NCBI GenBank assembly: GCA_964399995.1
Contig: CAYNTN010000007.1
Location: forward strand, 226-64,225
Length of the DNA: 64,000 nt
Source of the DNA: an uncultured Ignavibacteriaceae bacterium
Lineage (GTDB): Bacteria > Bacteroidota > Ignavibacteria > Tepidaquicellales > Tepidaquicellaceae
Reading direction: 5' to 3'
The notes under the pieces are model-generated. The model ran no database searches, was not told where the DNA came from, and saw only the letters and a list, made by a program, of their open reading frames with translations. The position numbers and the translations under genes were made by a program. The stretch's first letter is position 1, and the number at the start of each line of letters is the position of its first letter. This document shows positions 17,869 to 25,899 of this stretch, piece after piece.

Positions 17869-19026
17869 TCATAGATTTACCAGACTCTTCTCAATGCCGC
17901 TTTTGAAAAGTAATTTCTTAAGTTCATTTAAAAATTCATTTACTCCGTAGTTCACAAATTTAATTCTCCCGTTCACATTCACTTCGTCAAATTTAACGCC
18001 TTTAGTCATTTCCCTAAAACCTTTAACGGATTCATCAAATAAAATTATCTTCCCGCTTTTCATGATCAATAGAATATCTTCAGGATTATTCCGGTAAAAT
18101 GATTCAAAAGAGTTTTCGGATTTTTTTGCAGTTATGACTAAGTCGGCAATCCTTCCCTCAGAAATATCACCATTGTTTTTTAATCCCCAGACATGTGCCG
18201 GAGTTTTATTTACTGAATCAAATAGCTCTGCATCAGTTAAATGATTCATCTTTCTTGCTGCTCGTAAGTGATCCCAGATATTCGCGCCTGCAGTAAGTGT
18301 AGAATCAGTTCCGAATAGAATTTTTGTATGCTTCTTTAATTCGCTGACAGCGGCAGTTTTATTAAACAGAAACAGATTTGAAACCGGGCACCAGATTAAG
18401 GCTTCAAAATTCTTCGACTGCTCCGGTGTCATTGCAATTCCGTGTATGCCTATTATCTTTCGTTTAAATAAATTCCATAAATTAAGCTCATTGATTTCAT
18501 CATATGATTCTTTGTTCAGACCTTCTCCTGCATGAATTACATAAGGTGCAAGATTCTTCGGCCAGTTCAGCTTAATCTTCCACTTGTTTCCGAGGCGAAC
18601 GGAATGAATGCAAGTTCCTTTCTGAATGATGTATACAGGTGAATTTTCAAAACATTCATGATACGCTCCGTGATGTGCGACTGCTGTAACTCCGTTAAGG
18701 AGATTCTTAATGATCCCGAACTTCATTCTTAATTCAACCGGAATGGCTTCGATCGACTTGATTAATTCTGTATCCTTTGCATGTATGTCTTTCCCCCATT
18801 CAGTATAATCATTATAAATCCGGTGTCTGAGCTGAGGATACAAATTGAATTCAAGATGATCGTGAGAATTGATAATTCCGGGAAATGCAATTGAACCTTC
18901 AAAGTCATTTGAATATTCATTGCTTTCTGTACCTGCCGGTTTGATTTCTGATATTATTCCTCTCTCGATTTTTATGTCAAATAAATTCGTTTCTCTTCCG
19001 ACAATTCGTAAATTCTTTAAGATCAA
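17869..19026 (-). CDS. amidohydrolase-superfamily metal-dependent hydrolase
   Basis: 385 aa. N-terminal beta-sandwich then the HxH metal motif (PGIINSHDHLEF). 4-nt overlap with the upstream methyltransferase gene. Confidence 0.75.
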   Translation of the reverse strand: MILKNLRIVGRETNLFDIKIERGIISEIKPAGTESNEYSNDFEGSIAFPGIINSHDHLEFNLYPQLRHRIYNDYTEWGKDIHAKDTELIKSIEAIPVELRMKFGIIKNLLNGVTAVAHHGAYHECFENSPVYIIQKGTCIHSVRLGNKWKIKLNWPKNLAPYVIHAGEGLNKESYDEINELNLWNLFKRKIIGIHGIAMTPEQSKNFEALIWCPVSNLFLFNKTAAVSELKKHTKILFGTDSTLTAGANIWDHLRAARKMNHLTDAELFDSVNKTPAHVWGLKNNGDISEGRIADLVITAKKSENSFESFYRNNPEDILLIMKSGKIILFDESVKGFREMTKGVKFDEVNVNGRIKFVNYGVNEFLNELKKLLFKSGIEKSLVNL

Positions 19027-19760
19027 TTTTTTATAAGATGAATTCCGAGAATGAGAGGTTTCTCATAATATCTATTGAATGCATCAACATAATTATTTCT
19101 GACAAAAAGATGTCTTACATCTTCATTTATTAATTTTTCATCAACCGAGACTGTTTTCCAGTTCATTGAATCAAAGACTTTCCTCAGATATTCTTTTCCG
19201 TAAAAATAATTCTCTACTTCAATTACTTCATTATTATAGACAAAACTTCTTTTCATTCCGATTGAAAATGCCTCCGGATGAAAGTCTGTGATCAGAATCT
19301 CTGCCCCGCTCTTAAGAACGCGGTTCCATTCCCAGAGATAATCTTCAATTTCCCTTATATGCCCGATTGTCAGCGTTGAAATTATTACATCATAAGAATT
19401 ATCTTGAATCCCTTTGAGCTGGTTATCATCTGAAATAATGATTTCAGCATCGGCAAACTTCGCCTTTAACTTTTCCGTCATTTCCCTTGAGTTATCAAAC
19501 CCTGTTAGTCTTAAAGGACCTTTGCTAAGTATTTCCTGCCAGTGTCTGCCCGTTCCGCAGCCGATGTCGAGAATTGCCTTGGATGAAATATCAACTTTTG
19601 AAAGCATTTCAGAAAACAATTTTTCTTCCAGATACAATACAACATTATCGGGTTGATCATCATACAATTCCGACCATAATTTGTAAGCGTCAACTGATGG
19701 AAGTTTTCGGTGTGTTTTCTTATTAAAGAGTTTGCTCAGGATTTTAATAATGTGAGTCAT
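19023..19760 (-). CDS. class I SAM-dependent methyltransferase
   Basis: Motif I ILDIGCGTGRHW, then acidic loop GFDNS and ISTLTIGH. Confidence 0.8.
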   Translation of the reverse strand: MTHIIKILSKLFNKKTHRKLPSVDAYKLWSELYDDQPDNVVLYLEEKLFSEMLSKVDISSKAILDIGCGTGRHWQEILSKGPLRLTGFDNSREMTEKLKAKFADAEIIISDDNQLKGIQDNSYDVIISTLTIGHIREIEDYLWEWNRVLKSGAEILITDFHPEAFSIGMKRSFVYNNEVIEVENYFYGKEYLRKVFDSMNWKTVSVDEKLINEDVRHLFVRNNYVDAFNRYYEKPLILGIHLIKN

Positions 19761-19781
19761 CAGTTCTGACCATGAATTGGT

Positions 19782-20543
19782 TTAATTGTAAATTACATAG
19801 TTCTCCGACAAAAACTTTTTCAATTGATAATCCGCTATAGTAATTCTTTCTCCGGAATTAATTTTATCGAGAATACCGTGAACACTCTTCGTAATTTTCT
19901 TAAAATCAATATCTTCCTTATGACCGCTCAGCAGATAATAACAGTCTTCCTGTTTTAGCTCCTCCGGCGGTTGTTTGTGATCATATAAGTATTCAATTAA
20001 AGCAAACGGATTAAATGAAAACTTAAGAATTGCAACCAGAGGATGAAGTCTTAAGCATTTTTTTTGTTCATTGACATTTGTGCTTTTTGAAAGTTCAGCA
20101 AGTATTTTCCGTCTCGGAGAAAACCGAAGTTTATTCATTGCTAATTCCAGATTTAATATCTCATCCAGATAAATATTTTCAATTTCTCCTTTTTCAATTT
20201 TCATTTTAATGAAATTGCCGAAAGCTTCGACTTCATTTTTAAACTGAAGGTCTGACTTATCAAAAAATTTCCAGAATTCTTCTACATAATAAATAAAATC
20301 TGAATCCAGTAGCAGACTTGAATACGGCAGCAGCGTGTGAAGCGGCGTTATTCTGTTTGCCTTGTATAGGGTACAGTTTGTTGACATTCCTTTCTGCCAG
20401 ACAACTGTTTTAAGACGGTGAAGCTCTCTATCGGTTAAATCATATTTTGAAAAAAAAATTTCAGGGCTTATCCTGGCTTCGATGCATAAATCGGGAGATG
20501 CTATTAAATCACTCAGGGCAAGTTGAAACGACTTAAGTGACAT
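19782..20543 (-). CDS. DUF2063-like MNIO partner protein (MbnC/BufC/TglI-type role inferred)
   Basis: 253 aa immediately downstream of the DUF692 gene (6-nt gap). N-terminus LKSFQLALSDLIASPD and LYKANRITPLHTLLPYSSLLLDSDF..FWKF resemble the DUF2063 pattern. Confidence 0.5.
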   Translation of the reverse strand: MSLKSFQLALSDLIASPDLCIEARISPEIFFSKYDLTDRELHRLKTVVWQKGMSTNCTLYKANRITPLHTLLPYSSLLLDSDFIYYVEEFWKFFDKSDLQFKNEVEAFGNFIKMKIEKGEIENIYLDEILNLELAMNKLRFSPRRKILAELSKSTNVNEQKKCLRLHPLVAILKFSFNPFALIEYLYDHKQPPEELKQEDCYYLLSGHKEDIDFKKITKSVHGILDKINSGERITIADYQLKKFLSENYVIYN

Positions 20544-20549
20544 TCCGAG

Positions 20550-21473
20550 TTAGAGTTTATTCTTGTTTAATATTTTTCTTGCTCTTTCCAAGTGGTTATT
20601 TATTCCATCAAACTTCAGGAAGGGAAAATATGATTCGTTGAATTCAAACGTGACTCCTTTTATATTCGGAGTCTTTGCAACGGTAAACTCCAGCAAATCC
20701 CATACAGGTTCGGGACACGGTCCGGCATGCGAATCCGTGTACATTCCCCCCAATTCACTTCCACCTGCAATATGAATTTCAATCACTCTTTCAAGGTCAA
20801 GACTCTCAACAAATTCAAACGGACTGAATTTGTGATTAACTGAATTTGCATACACATTGTGCAGATCAAGAAGAAGTCCGCAGCCTGATTTCGCTGATAA
20901 CTGATTTAAAAATTCGGGTTCGGTAAAATCCTGATCCGGTATATCAATGAAATAAACGTTGTTCTCTATTAGAAATTTTTTGGGGACATACTGCTGAACT
21001 ATTTTAATTCTTTCGACAATCATATCGAGCACTTCTTTGTCATAAGGAACAGGTACCGCCAGGCCGGCGTTATGATCATGTCCATTATTCCCTTTTACTT
21101 TTACAAAAGATAAATGATCGCTGTGCCAGGCAAAGTCATAACGTTCATTCCATTTCTGAAGCTGCTTTAAATATTCCGTTTCAAAATACTCCGCGCTGCC
21201 GAGAGATATTCCGAGATTATGCGAAACAAGCGGGAATTTACTCTTCATCCATTCAAGAATTTCCAACCATGCTTCTATCTCCTCAAAGTGAAAACCTTCC
21301 TGTGTTTTCGACTCAGTCCAGAATATATCGGGTATGATTTCAATATAATCACAATTCTGATGATTCTCCTTAAGAAAATCAGGTAATGACGGATTATAAA
21401 GCAATCCGGCACCCAGGTAAGGAAGGTCGTTAAAAAAGTTTTTAGTTTTTATTTTTTCTATTTCTGCTATCAT
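20550..21473 (-). CDS. DUF692 / MNIO (multinuclear non-heme iron oxidative enzyme) family protein
   Basis: TIM-barrel DUF692 hallmarks: YLGAGL, HNLGISLGS, WHSDHLSF, FLIENNVYF, GCGLLLDLHNVYANSVNH, EIHIAGG..YTDSHAGP.PEPVWDLL, GVTFEFNE. Confidence 0.85.
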   Translation of the reverse strand: MIAEIEKIKTKNFFNDLPYLGAGLLYNPSLPDFLKENHQNCDYIEIIPDIFWTESKTQEGFHFEEIEAWLEILEWMKSKFPLVSHNLGISLGSAEYFETEYLKQLQKWNERYDFAWHSDHLSFVKVKGNNGHDHNAGLAVPVPYDKEVLDMIVERIKIVQQYVPKKFLIENNVYFIDIPDQDFTEPEFLNQLSAKSGCGLLLDLHNVYANSVNHKFSPFEFVESLDLERVIEIHIAGGSELGGMYTDSHAGPCPEPVWDLLEFTVAKTPNIKGVTFEFNESYFPFLKFDGINNHLERARKILNKNKL

Positions 21474-21480
21474 TGACTTT

Positions 21481-21519
21481 AATAAAAAAAGAGCTTGAAA
21501 ATAAAAAATTCAAGCTCTT
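21481..21519 (-). terminator. intrinsic terminator/attenuator between peptide gene and MNIO gene
   Basis: Minus strand AAGAGCTTGAA-ttttttatt-TTCAAGCTCTT (11-bp perfect stem) followed by TTTTTATT. Lies 20 nt after the peptide stop and 8 nt before the MNIO start. Confidence 0.7.
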
Positions 21520-21538
21520 AACTTTACAAAAAAAAAAT

Positions 21539-21766
21539 TTATTTTATAATCATCTTGTCAAGATCCACCACCAGATCTCTTTCAAATTTCTCGTGAATGA
21601 TGTAATTGATCCCTGATAAACAGGCAAGACAGCCTCTTGGAAGAATTTTTTTCTTAAGAGCTTCAATTAGATTATTTGTCACTCTTAGAGATGTTTTCTT
21701 TGGAACTGATACTACAACGTTATATGAAGTACCAATTTTTTTTACTCTTACTTCTGCAGTTTTCAT
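21539..21766 (-). CDS. 75-aa candidate RiPP precursor peptide with single CxxC (GCLACLSG)
   Basis: Start set at MKTAEV because AAGGAG lies 5 nt upstream; the track ORF extends to 21820. No signal peptide and only two Cys. First gene of the MNIO operon. Confidence 0.55.
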   Translation of the reverse strand: MKTAEVRVKKIGTSYNVVVSVPKKTSLRVTNNLIEALKKKILPRGCLACLSGINYIIHEKFERDLVVDLDKMIIK

Positions 21767-21875
21767 TATGCTCCTTTTTTGATTTAAAGGCAAAGTAGTA
21801 AATAGCATTTTGTATTTCAAGTATTATAAATTTCAAAGCAATACAAGCCCCGTAGGTTTTGCAGACCGCAATCGT

Positions 21876-24761
21876 TCAGAAATCAAATCCGAAATAAAAC
21901 TGCTGGAATATATCTCCCTGTATCTGTGTAAAATTATTCTCGATTCTTTTTCCAATATCATATCTGAGGACAACCAAACCCAATGCATTCAGTCTCACAC
22001 CCACACCAAAATCTCCGTATGTAATTCTTTCACCGTATTGATAATCCCAGGCTTTTCCTGCATCAAAAAAAACTGCACCTCTAATGCCGGGAAAATCAAA
22101 TCCGATTCCTAAAGGAAATCTTATCGCAACTATATTCAACAAAGGAAATCTGAACTCTGCATTTGCCTGCCACATCTTGCTTCCTCTGATTGAATTTATC
22201 GGCCATCCGCGTAGAGACCAGCTTCCGCCCATGAAAAATCTTCTTGGCTCCTTACCTTCATTAAAAAAAAACTGTGTCCGAAGTGCAAGTGCAGAAGGCG
22301 CTCCGACTCTGATATATTTTCTGAAATCAAAAAATATGGAATAATAATTTATATTGGAACTGGCAATATCTGTCGTGTAACCCAAAGTTAAATTAAGCCT
22401 TTCCCCGTCAAGAGGTCCTGTATAAGCCCAGAGTGTATTGTCTCTGACATAGCTGATTAAATTTGTAAGTAGCAGAGACCTGCTGTTATCGTAGAAATCA
22501 TAGCTTCTGATGGACTGTGAGAGTCCAGTAGTCAGCTCTATTCTTCTGAAAAACGAAAGAGGATATGAAAGGCTGAGATATCCCCCGTAAAGTCTTTCGT
22601 AATAGGATGAGTTATAATCCTGGAGATCGTATCTTCTTCCTGAAAGGTGATAAACTCCGTAAGAATAATTCATACGTTTCTCGGTTGAAATCTTTGATAT
22701 TGCAATGTTAAAGCTCTTCCAGAATTCAGCGTCACCGGTTGAATTGTTGAATACAAGAAAATAATATTTTTCATTTCCGAGCAGATCACTTAAAGAAATT
22801 ATTCCTCCGGTATTTGCACCGAAAACAGGATCCACAGTTAAAGCAGTAGTAGCAACATCAAGTGAAAACTTTTTCTCATACACAAGCGAATTCTTCTTTG
22901 GAACACTTTTGATTTTATCAGCAGTCCAGTTTTCACCTTTCAAGCTGAGATCTATCTTCATGACAGTTTTGCTGCTGTCATATCTCTCCTGTATGCTTCT
23001 CAGCATTCTTATATTAATGGATCCTTTTTCAAATGTTGAAAAGACTATTTTATCTTTACCGCACCACTTCGGATCATAAGCAGCAGTTATAAAATTAGTA
23101 ATCTGTCTCATTTCAAGATTGTCATAATTGATTTTTACATCAGCTGCAAGCGAGTTGCTCCCGGATTTCACTGAAGGAACAGAGGTAAGCATTGATCCAA
23201 GTTTTATCATCCATATGTTCTGTTCTCCGCTGACTGTTGAAGTAAATACTATTCTTTCACCATCGCTGGAAAAGTGAGGAGAATAATCTATTTGCTTTCC
23301 AAGGGTAAGGTAATCAATGTTTCCTGAGTGAACATTGTATAAAAATAAATTATAGCTTTTTTCATTACCGTAAGTTGTCCTGTCGGATGAAAATACTATA
23401 AAATTTCCATCGGGTGAAAAATCCGGATCGCGGTCATCATAATAATCATTAGTTAACCTTTTAAGATCATTGGCCGGAATATCGAGGATATATAAATCTG
23501 TTCTCCCCCCGTAATCAGATCCGGGAAAAACAATTTTATTATTATCCGAGCTCCACGATGGTGAACCTATACTTACAATATCTTTAAAAGAATAATCCGT
23601 TATTTTCTTTTTTGTCTTTGTATCATACAGGTGAAGCGCATCCTGATCACCCTGCTGCGTTATAAATAACAGCTGACCGGAGTTTGAAACATCAAGCCCT
23701 GTACGAAAGAAATGAAATTCTTCAAACTCATCGCTCGACTCCCCTTCTATTACAAGGTCAGGTCCTTCACGGGAGTTTAATGCAATTTTATAAATGCTGG
23801 TGAAACCGGTTTGATTTCCTATGTAGTATATTTCTTTTTTCCCGTTTGCATTGGAATAAGTCGGCTTGTGAGCAAAAGATTCGGTGTGAATACTTTCAGT
23901 AACCTGTGAAGGATTATCCAGGTCTTTAAGCTGAGGATAGTACAGTTTTTCAAGGTAATACAAAAAATCTTTATCAAACGAGGCATAATCTTTTCCTATA
24001 GTCATCTGCATTACATTTGAAAAATTCTCATCCTTCCAGAAATTTTCAATGAGCTGCAGAATTTTGTCTTCTCCGTATTTTTCCACAATGTATTCGCAGA
24101 CTCGCTGACCCATTTTATACATAAGATAGGTTCCGTATATTCTTTCCCAGTTATTAAGCCCCGGTAAATAACCCGTAAGAACTGCGTCTTTCAAGACCAT
24201 ATCAGCCTGCGTGTCCCATTCGGTTGACCATAATTCAGCGAGTCCTTCGGTAAACCAAAGCGGAGGTGATTGTCCGGGAGTCTTCCGGTGTACTGTGAGG
24301 ATGTTATTTATCTTGCTCATCATGAAAACGTGAGTAAGTTCGTGCCTGATTACGTGCCTGAACTGTGATAATGAACCTTCGAACGGAATTACAACTCTCC
24401 CTTTGATGAATTCAAAAAACCCGCCGACTCCGTCGGGAATCAGACCCGGTGTTGTATTTGTCTGCTTGAAATGCAGAGGTGATGCATAAAAAATCATAGG
24501 AACAGTATCAGTCAATGAATGATTGAAATCCTGCATATGCTCTTTATAACTTTCTTCAGCGTAGTAAGCACCGATTTCAGCCAGTTCCTTTGCTTCTTTA
24601 TAGTAATATATCTGGAAATGTTCGGTCTGCAAAATGTTCCATTCAAAATCCGTGTATTGAACTTTATTTCTTCCAAAGTCAACAAATTGAGATTGTGAAA
24701 CTGAAGCTATAAAAATAAGAAATAATGTAAGCGAAAGTCTTAATTTGTTATCCATAATCAA
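21876..24761 (-). CDS. outer-membrane Omp85/D15-family protein fused to HExxH peptidase-like and PD40 beta-propeller domains
   Basis: 961 aa. Signal peptide, HELTHVF zinc motif, TolB-like PD40 repeats (DPDFSPDGNFIVFSSDR, YSPHFSSDGERIVFTS), C-terminal beta-barrel ending ...QQFYFGFDF. Confidence 0.75.
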   Translation of the reverse strand: MIMDNKLRLSLTLFLIFIASVSQSQFVDFGRNKVQYTDFEWNILQTEHFQIYYYKEAKELAEIGAYYAEESYKEHMQDFNHSLTDTVPMIFYASPLHFKQTNTTPGLIPDGVGGFFEFIKGRVVIPFEGSLSQFRHVIRHELTHVFMMSKINNILTVHRKTPGQSPPLWFTEGLAELWSTEWDTQADMVLKDAVLTGYLPGLNNWERIYGTYLMYKMGQRVCEYIVEKYGEDKILQLIENFWKDENFSNVMQMTIGKDYASFDKDFLYYLEKLYYPQLKDLDNPSQVTESIHTESFAHKPTYSNANGKKEIYYIGNQTGFTSIYKIALNSREGPDLVIEGESSDEFEEFHFFRTGLDVSNSGQLLFITQQGDQDALHLYDTKTKKKITDYSFKDIVSIGSPSWSSDNNKIVFPGSDYGGRTDLYILDIPANDLKRLTNDYYDDRDPDFSPDGNFIVFSSDRTTYGNEKSYNLFLYNVHSGNIDYLTLGKQIDYSPHFSSDGERIVFTSTVSGEQNIWMIKLGSMLTSVPSVKSGSNSLAADVKINYDNLEMRQITNFITAAYDPKWCGKDKIVFSTFEKGSINIRMLRSIQERYDSSKTVMKIDLSLKGENWTADKIKSVPKKNSLVYEKKFSLDVATTALTVDPVFGANTGGIISLSDLLGNEKYYFLVFNNSTGDAEFWKSFNIAISKISTEKRMNYSYGVYHLSGRRYDLQDYNSSYYERLYGGYLSLSYPLSFFRRIELTTGLSQSIRSYDFYDNSRSLLLTNLISYVRDNTLWAYTGPLDGERLNLTLGYTTDIASSNINYYSIFFDFRKYIRVGAPSALALRTQFFFNEGKEPRRFFMGGSWSLRGWPINSIRGSKMWQANAEFRFPLLNIVAIRFPLGIGFDFPGIRGAVFFDAGKAWDYQYGERITYGDFGVGVRLNALGLVVLRYDIGKRIENNFTQIQGDIFQQFYFGFDF

Positions 24762-24934
24762 TGGAATTTACAGGATAATTGATAGTTGATTTAATTCTGA
24801 TTCATTGTATTGATTTACTTAACAACACGAAATGAATTTAAATTACAATCGAATGATTTTTTCCGAGGGTTTGATTTACTTCTATATCTTAAAATATAAA
24901 ACAAAAAATTAAATTGCCATAGCAAATGTAAAAA

Positions 24935-25012
24935 AGTTGAAAGTTGAAAGTTGAAAGTTGAAAGTTAAAAGTTGAAAGTTGAAAGTTAAAAGTTGAAAGT
25001 TAAAAGTTAAAA
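24935..25012. repeat. heptamer array (GTTGAAA/GTTAAAA), left arm of large inverted pair
   Basis: About 11 tandem units. Reverse complement of the 25153..25267 array. Confidence 0.9.
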
Positions 25013-25152
25013 GGCGAAATGCTAAATATTTTAAAGTATAGCGTGAAAGGTCAAATTTTGTGTAAATTGTACTTTAGTTCAAAATAGTTCACGTTATTCA
25101 TATTTGAGAATTAACATTTTGTATTTAAAATCCTATTTTTAAGTTAAACATC

Positions 25153-25267
25153 TTTTACTTTCAACTTTTAACTTTTAACTTTCAACTTTCAACCTTTAAC
25201 TTTTAACTTTTTAACTTTCAACTTTTAACTTTCAACTTTTAACTTTCAACTTTTAACTTTCAACTTT
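25153..25267. repeat. heptamer array (AACTTTC/AACTTTT), right arm of large inverted pair
   Basis: About 16 tandem units ending 9 nt before the ATG at 25276. Confidence 0.9.
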
Positions 25268-25275
25268 TTTTCATT

Positions 25276-25752
25276 ATGACCGATTTTTCAAAAGAATGCA
25301 TGCTTGAGGCAATCCGTTATTCAAAACAAAATGTTGAAGACGGAAGCGGAGGTCCTTTCGGAGCTGTTATTGCAAAGGACGGTAAAATAATTTCCGGCGC
25401 TTCGAATAAGGTTACTTCTGCAAATGACCCTACAGCACACGCAGAGATTGAAGCTATCAGGTCAGCCTGTAAAATTCTGAACACATTTTCTTTAGCCGGA
25501 TGTGAAATTTACACAAGCTGCGAGCCGTGTCCTATGTGTCTCTCTGCTATTCACTGGGCGCGGATTGAAAAGATATATTATGCCAATACAAGGAAAGATG
25601 CAGCGGATATAAATTTTGATGATGATTTTATTTATAATGAAGTTTCGAAATCAGTAGATGAACGTTTTATCCCAATGATTCAGATAATGAATCAGGAAGC
25701 TAAGAAAGTTTTTATGGAGTGGAAAGAAAAGGAAGACAAGATCCATTATTGA
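25276..25752 (+). CDS. guanine/nucleoside deaminase (CDA-fold zinc deaminase)
   Basis: GGPFGAVIAKDG...NDPTAHAEIEAIR and CEPCPMC zinc motifs. Size and N-terminus match GuaD-type guanine deaminases. Confidence 0.8.
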   Translation: MTDFSKECMLEAIRYSKQNVEDGSGGPFGAVIAKDGKIISGASNKVTSANDPTAHAEIEAIRSACKILNTFSLAGCEIYTSCEPCPMCLSAIHWARIEKIYYANTRKDAADINFDDDFIYNEVSKSVDERFIPMIQIMNQEAKKVFMEWKEKEDKIHY

Positions 25753-25892
25753 AATTTGGGATTTGGGATTTTGAATTTGGGATTTGTAAATATTAGATTC
25801 TTAGATTATAAATTTTTTAAATATTGATCCAGATTTTTTTTTAGTATCTCCTGTCAAAAATTCCAAATTCAAAATCCCAAATTCCAAATTTC
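25753..25892. repeat. inverted heptamer arrays (AATTTGG/GATTTGG ... CCAAATT/CCCAAAT) between convergent genes
   Basis: Arms 25753-25786 and 25857-25892 are reverse complements. The left arm starts 1 nt after the deaminase stop and the right arm ends 8 nt before the glnA stop. Confidence 0.85.
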
Positions 25893-25899
25893 CCGAAAA

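Noticed and set aside
21767-21820. Longer 93-aa version of the candidate precursor (MKYKMLFTTLPLNQKRSI...)
   Set aside because: The only SD-like element (AAGGAG) lies inside this extension, 5 nt before the internal ATG at 21766. The shorter 75-aa form is preferred, though the long form is not excluded.
21810-22344. ORFs 21810..22112 and 22084..22344 on the + strand
   Set aside because: They lie entirely antisense to the well-supported Omp85-fusion gene and have no recognisable motifs.
24935-25267. Possible CRISPR array (regular short repeats), also considered for 27421-27600 and 50881-51019
   Set aside because: The period is 7 nt with no unique spacers. The units are contiguous and far shorter than CRISPR repeats (about 24-48 nt), and no cas genes lie nearby.
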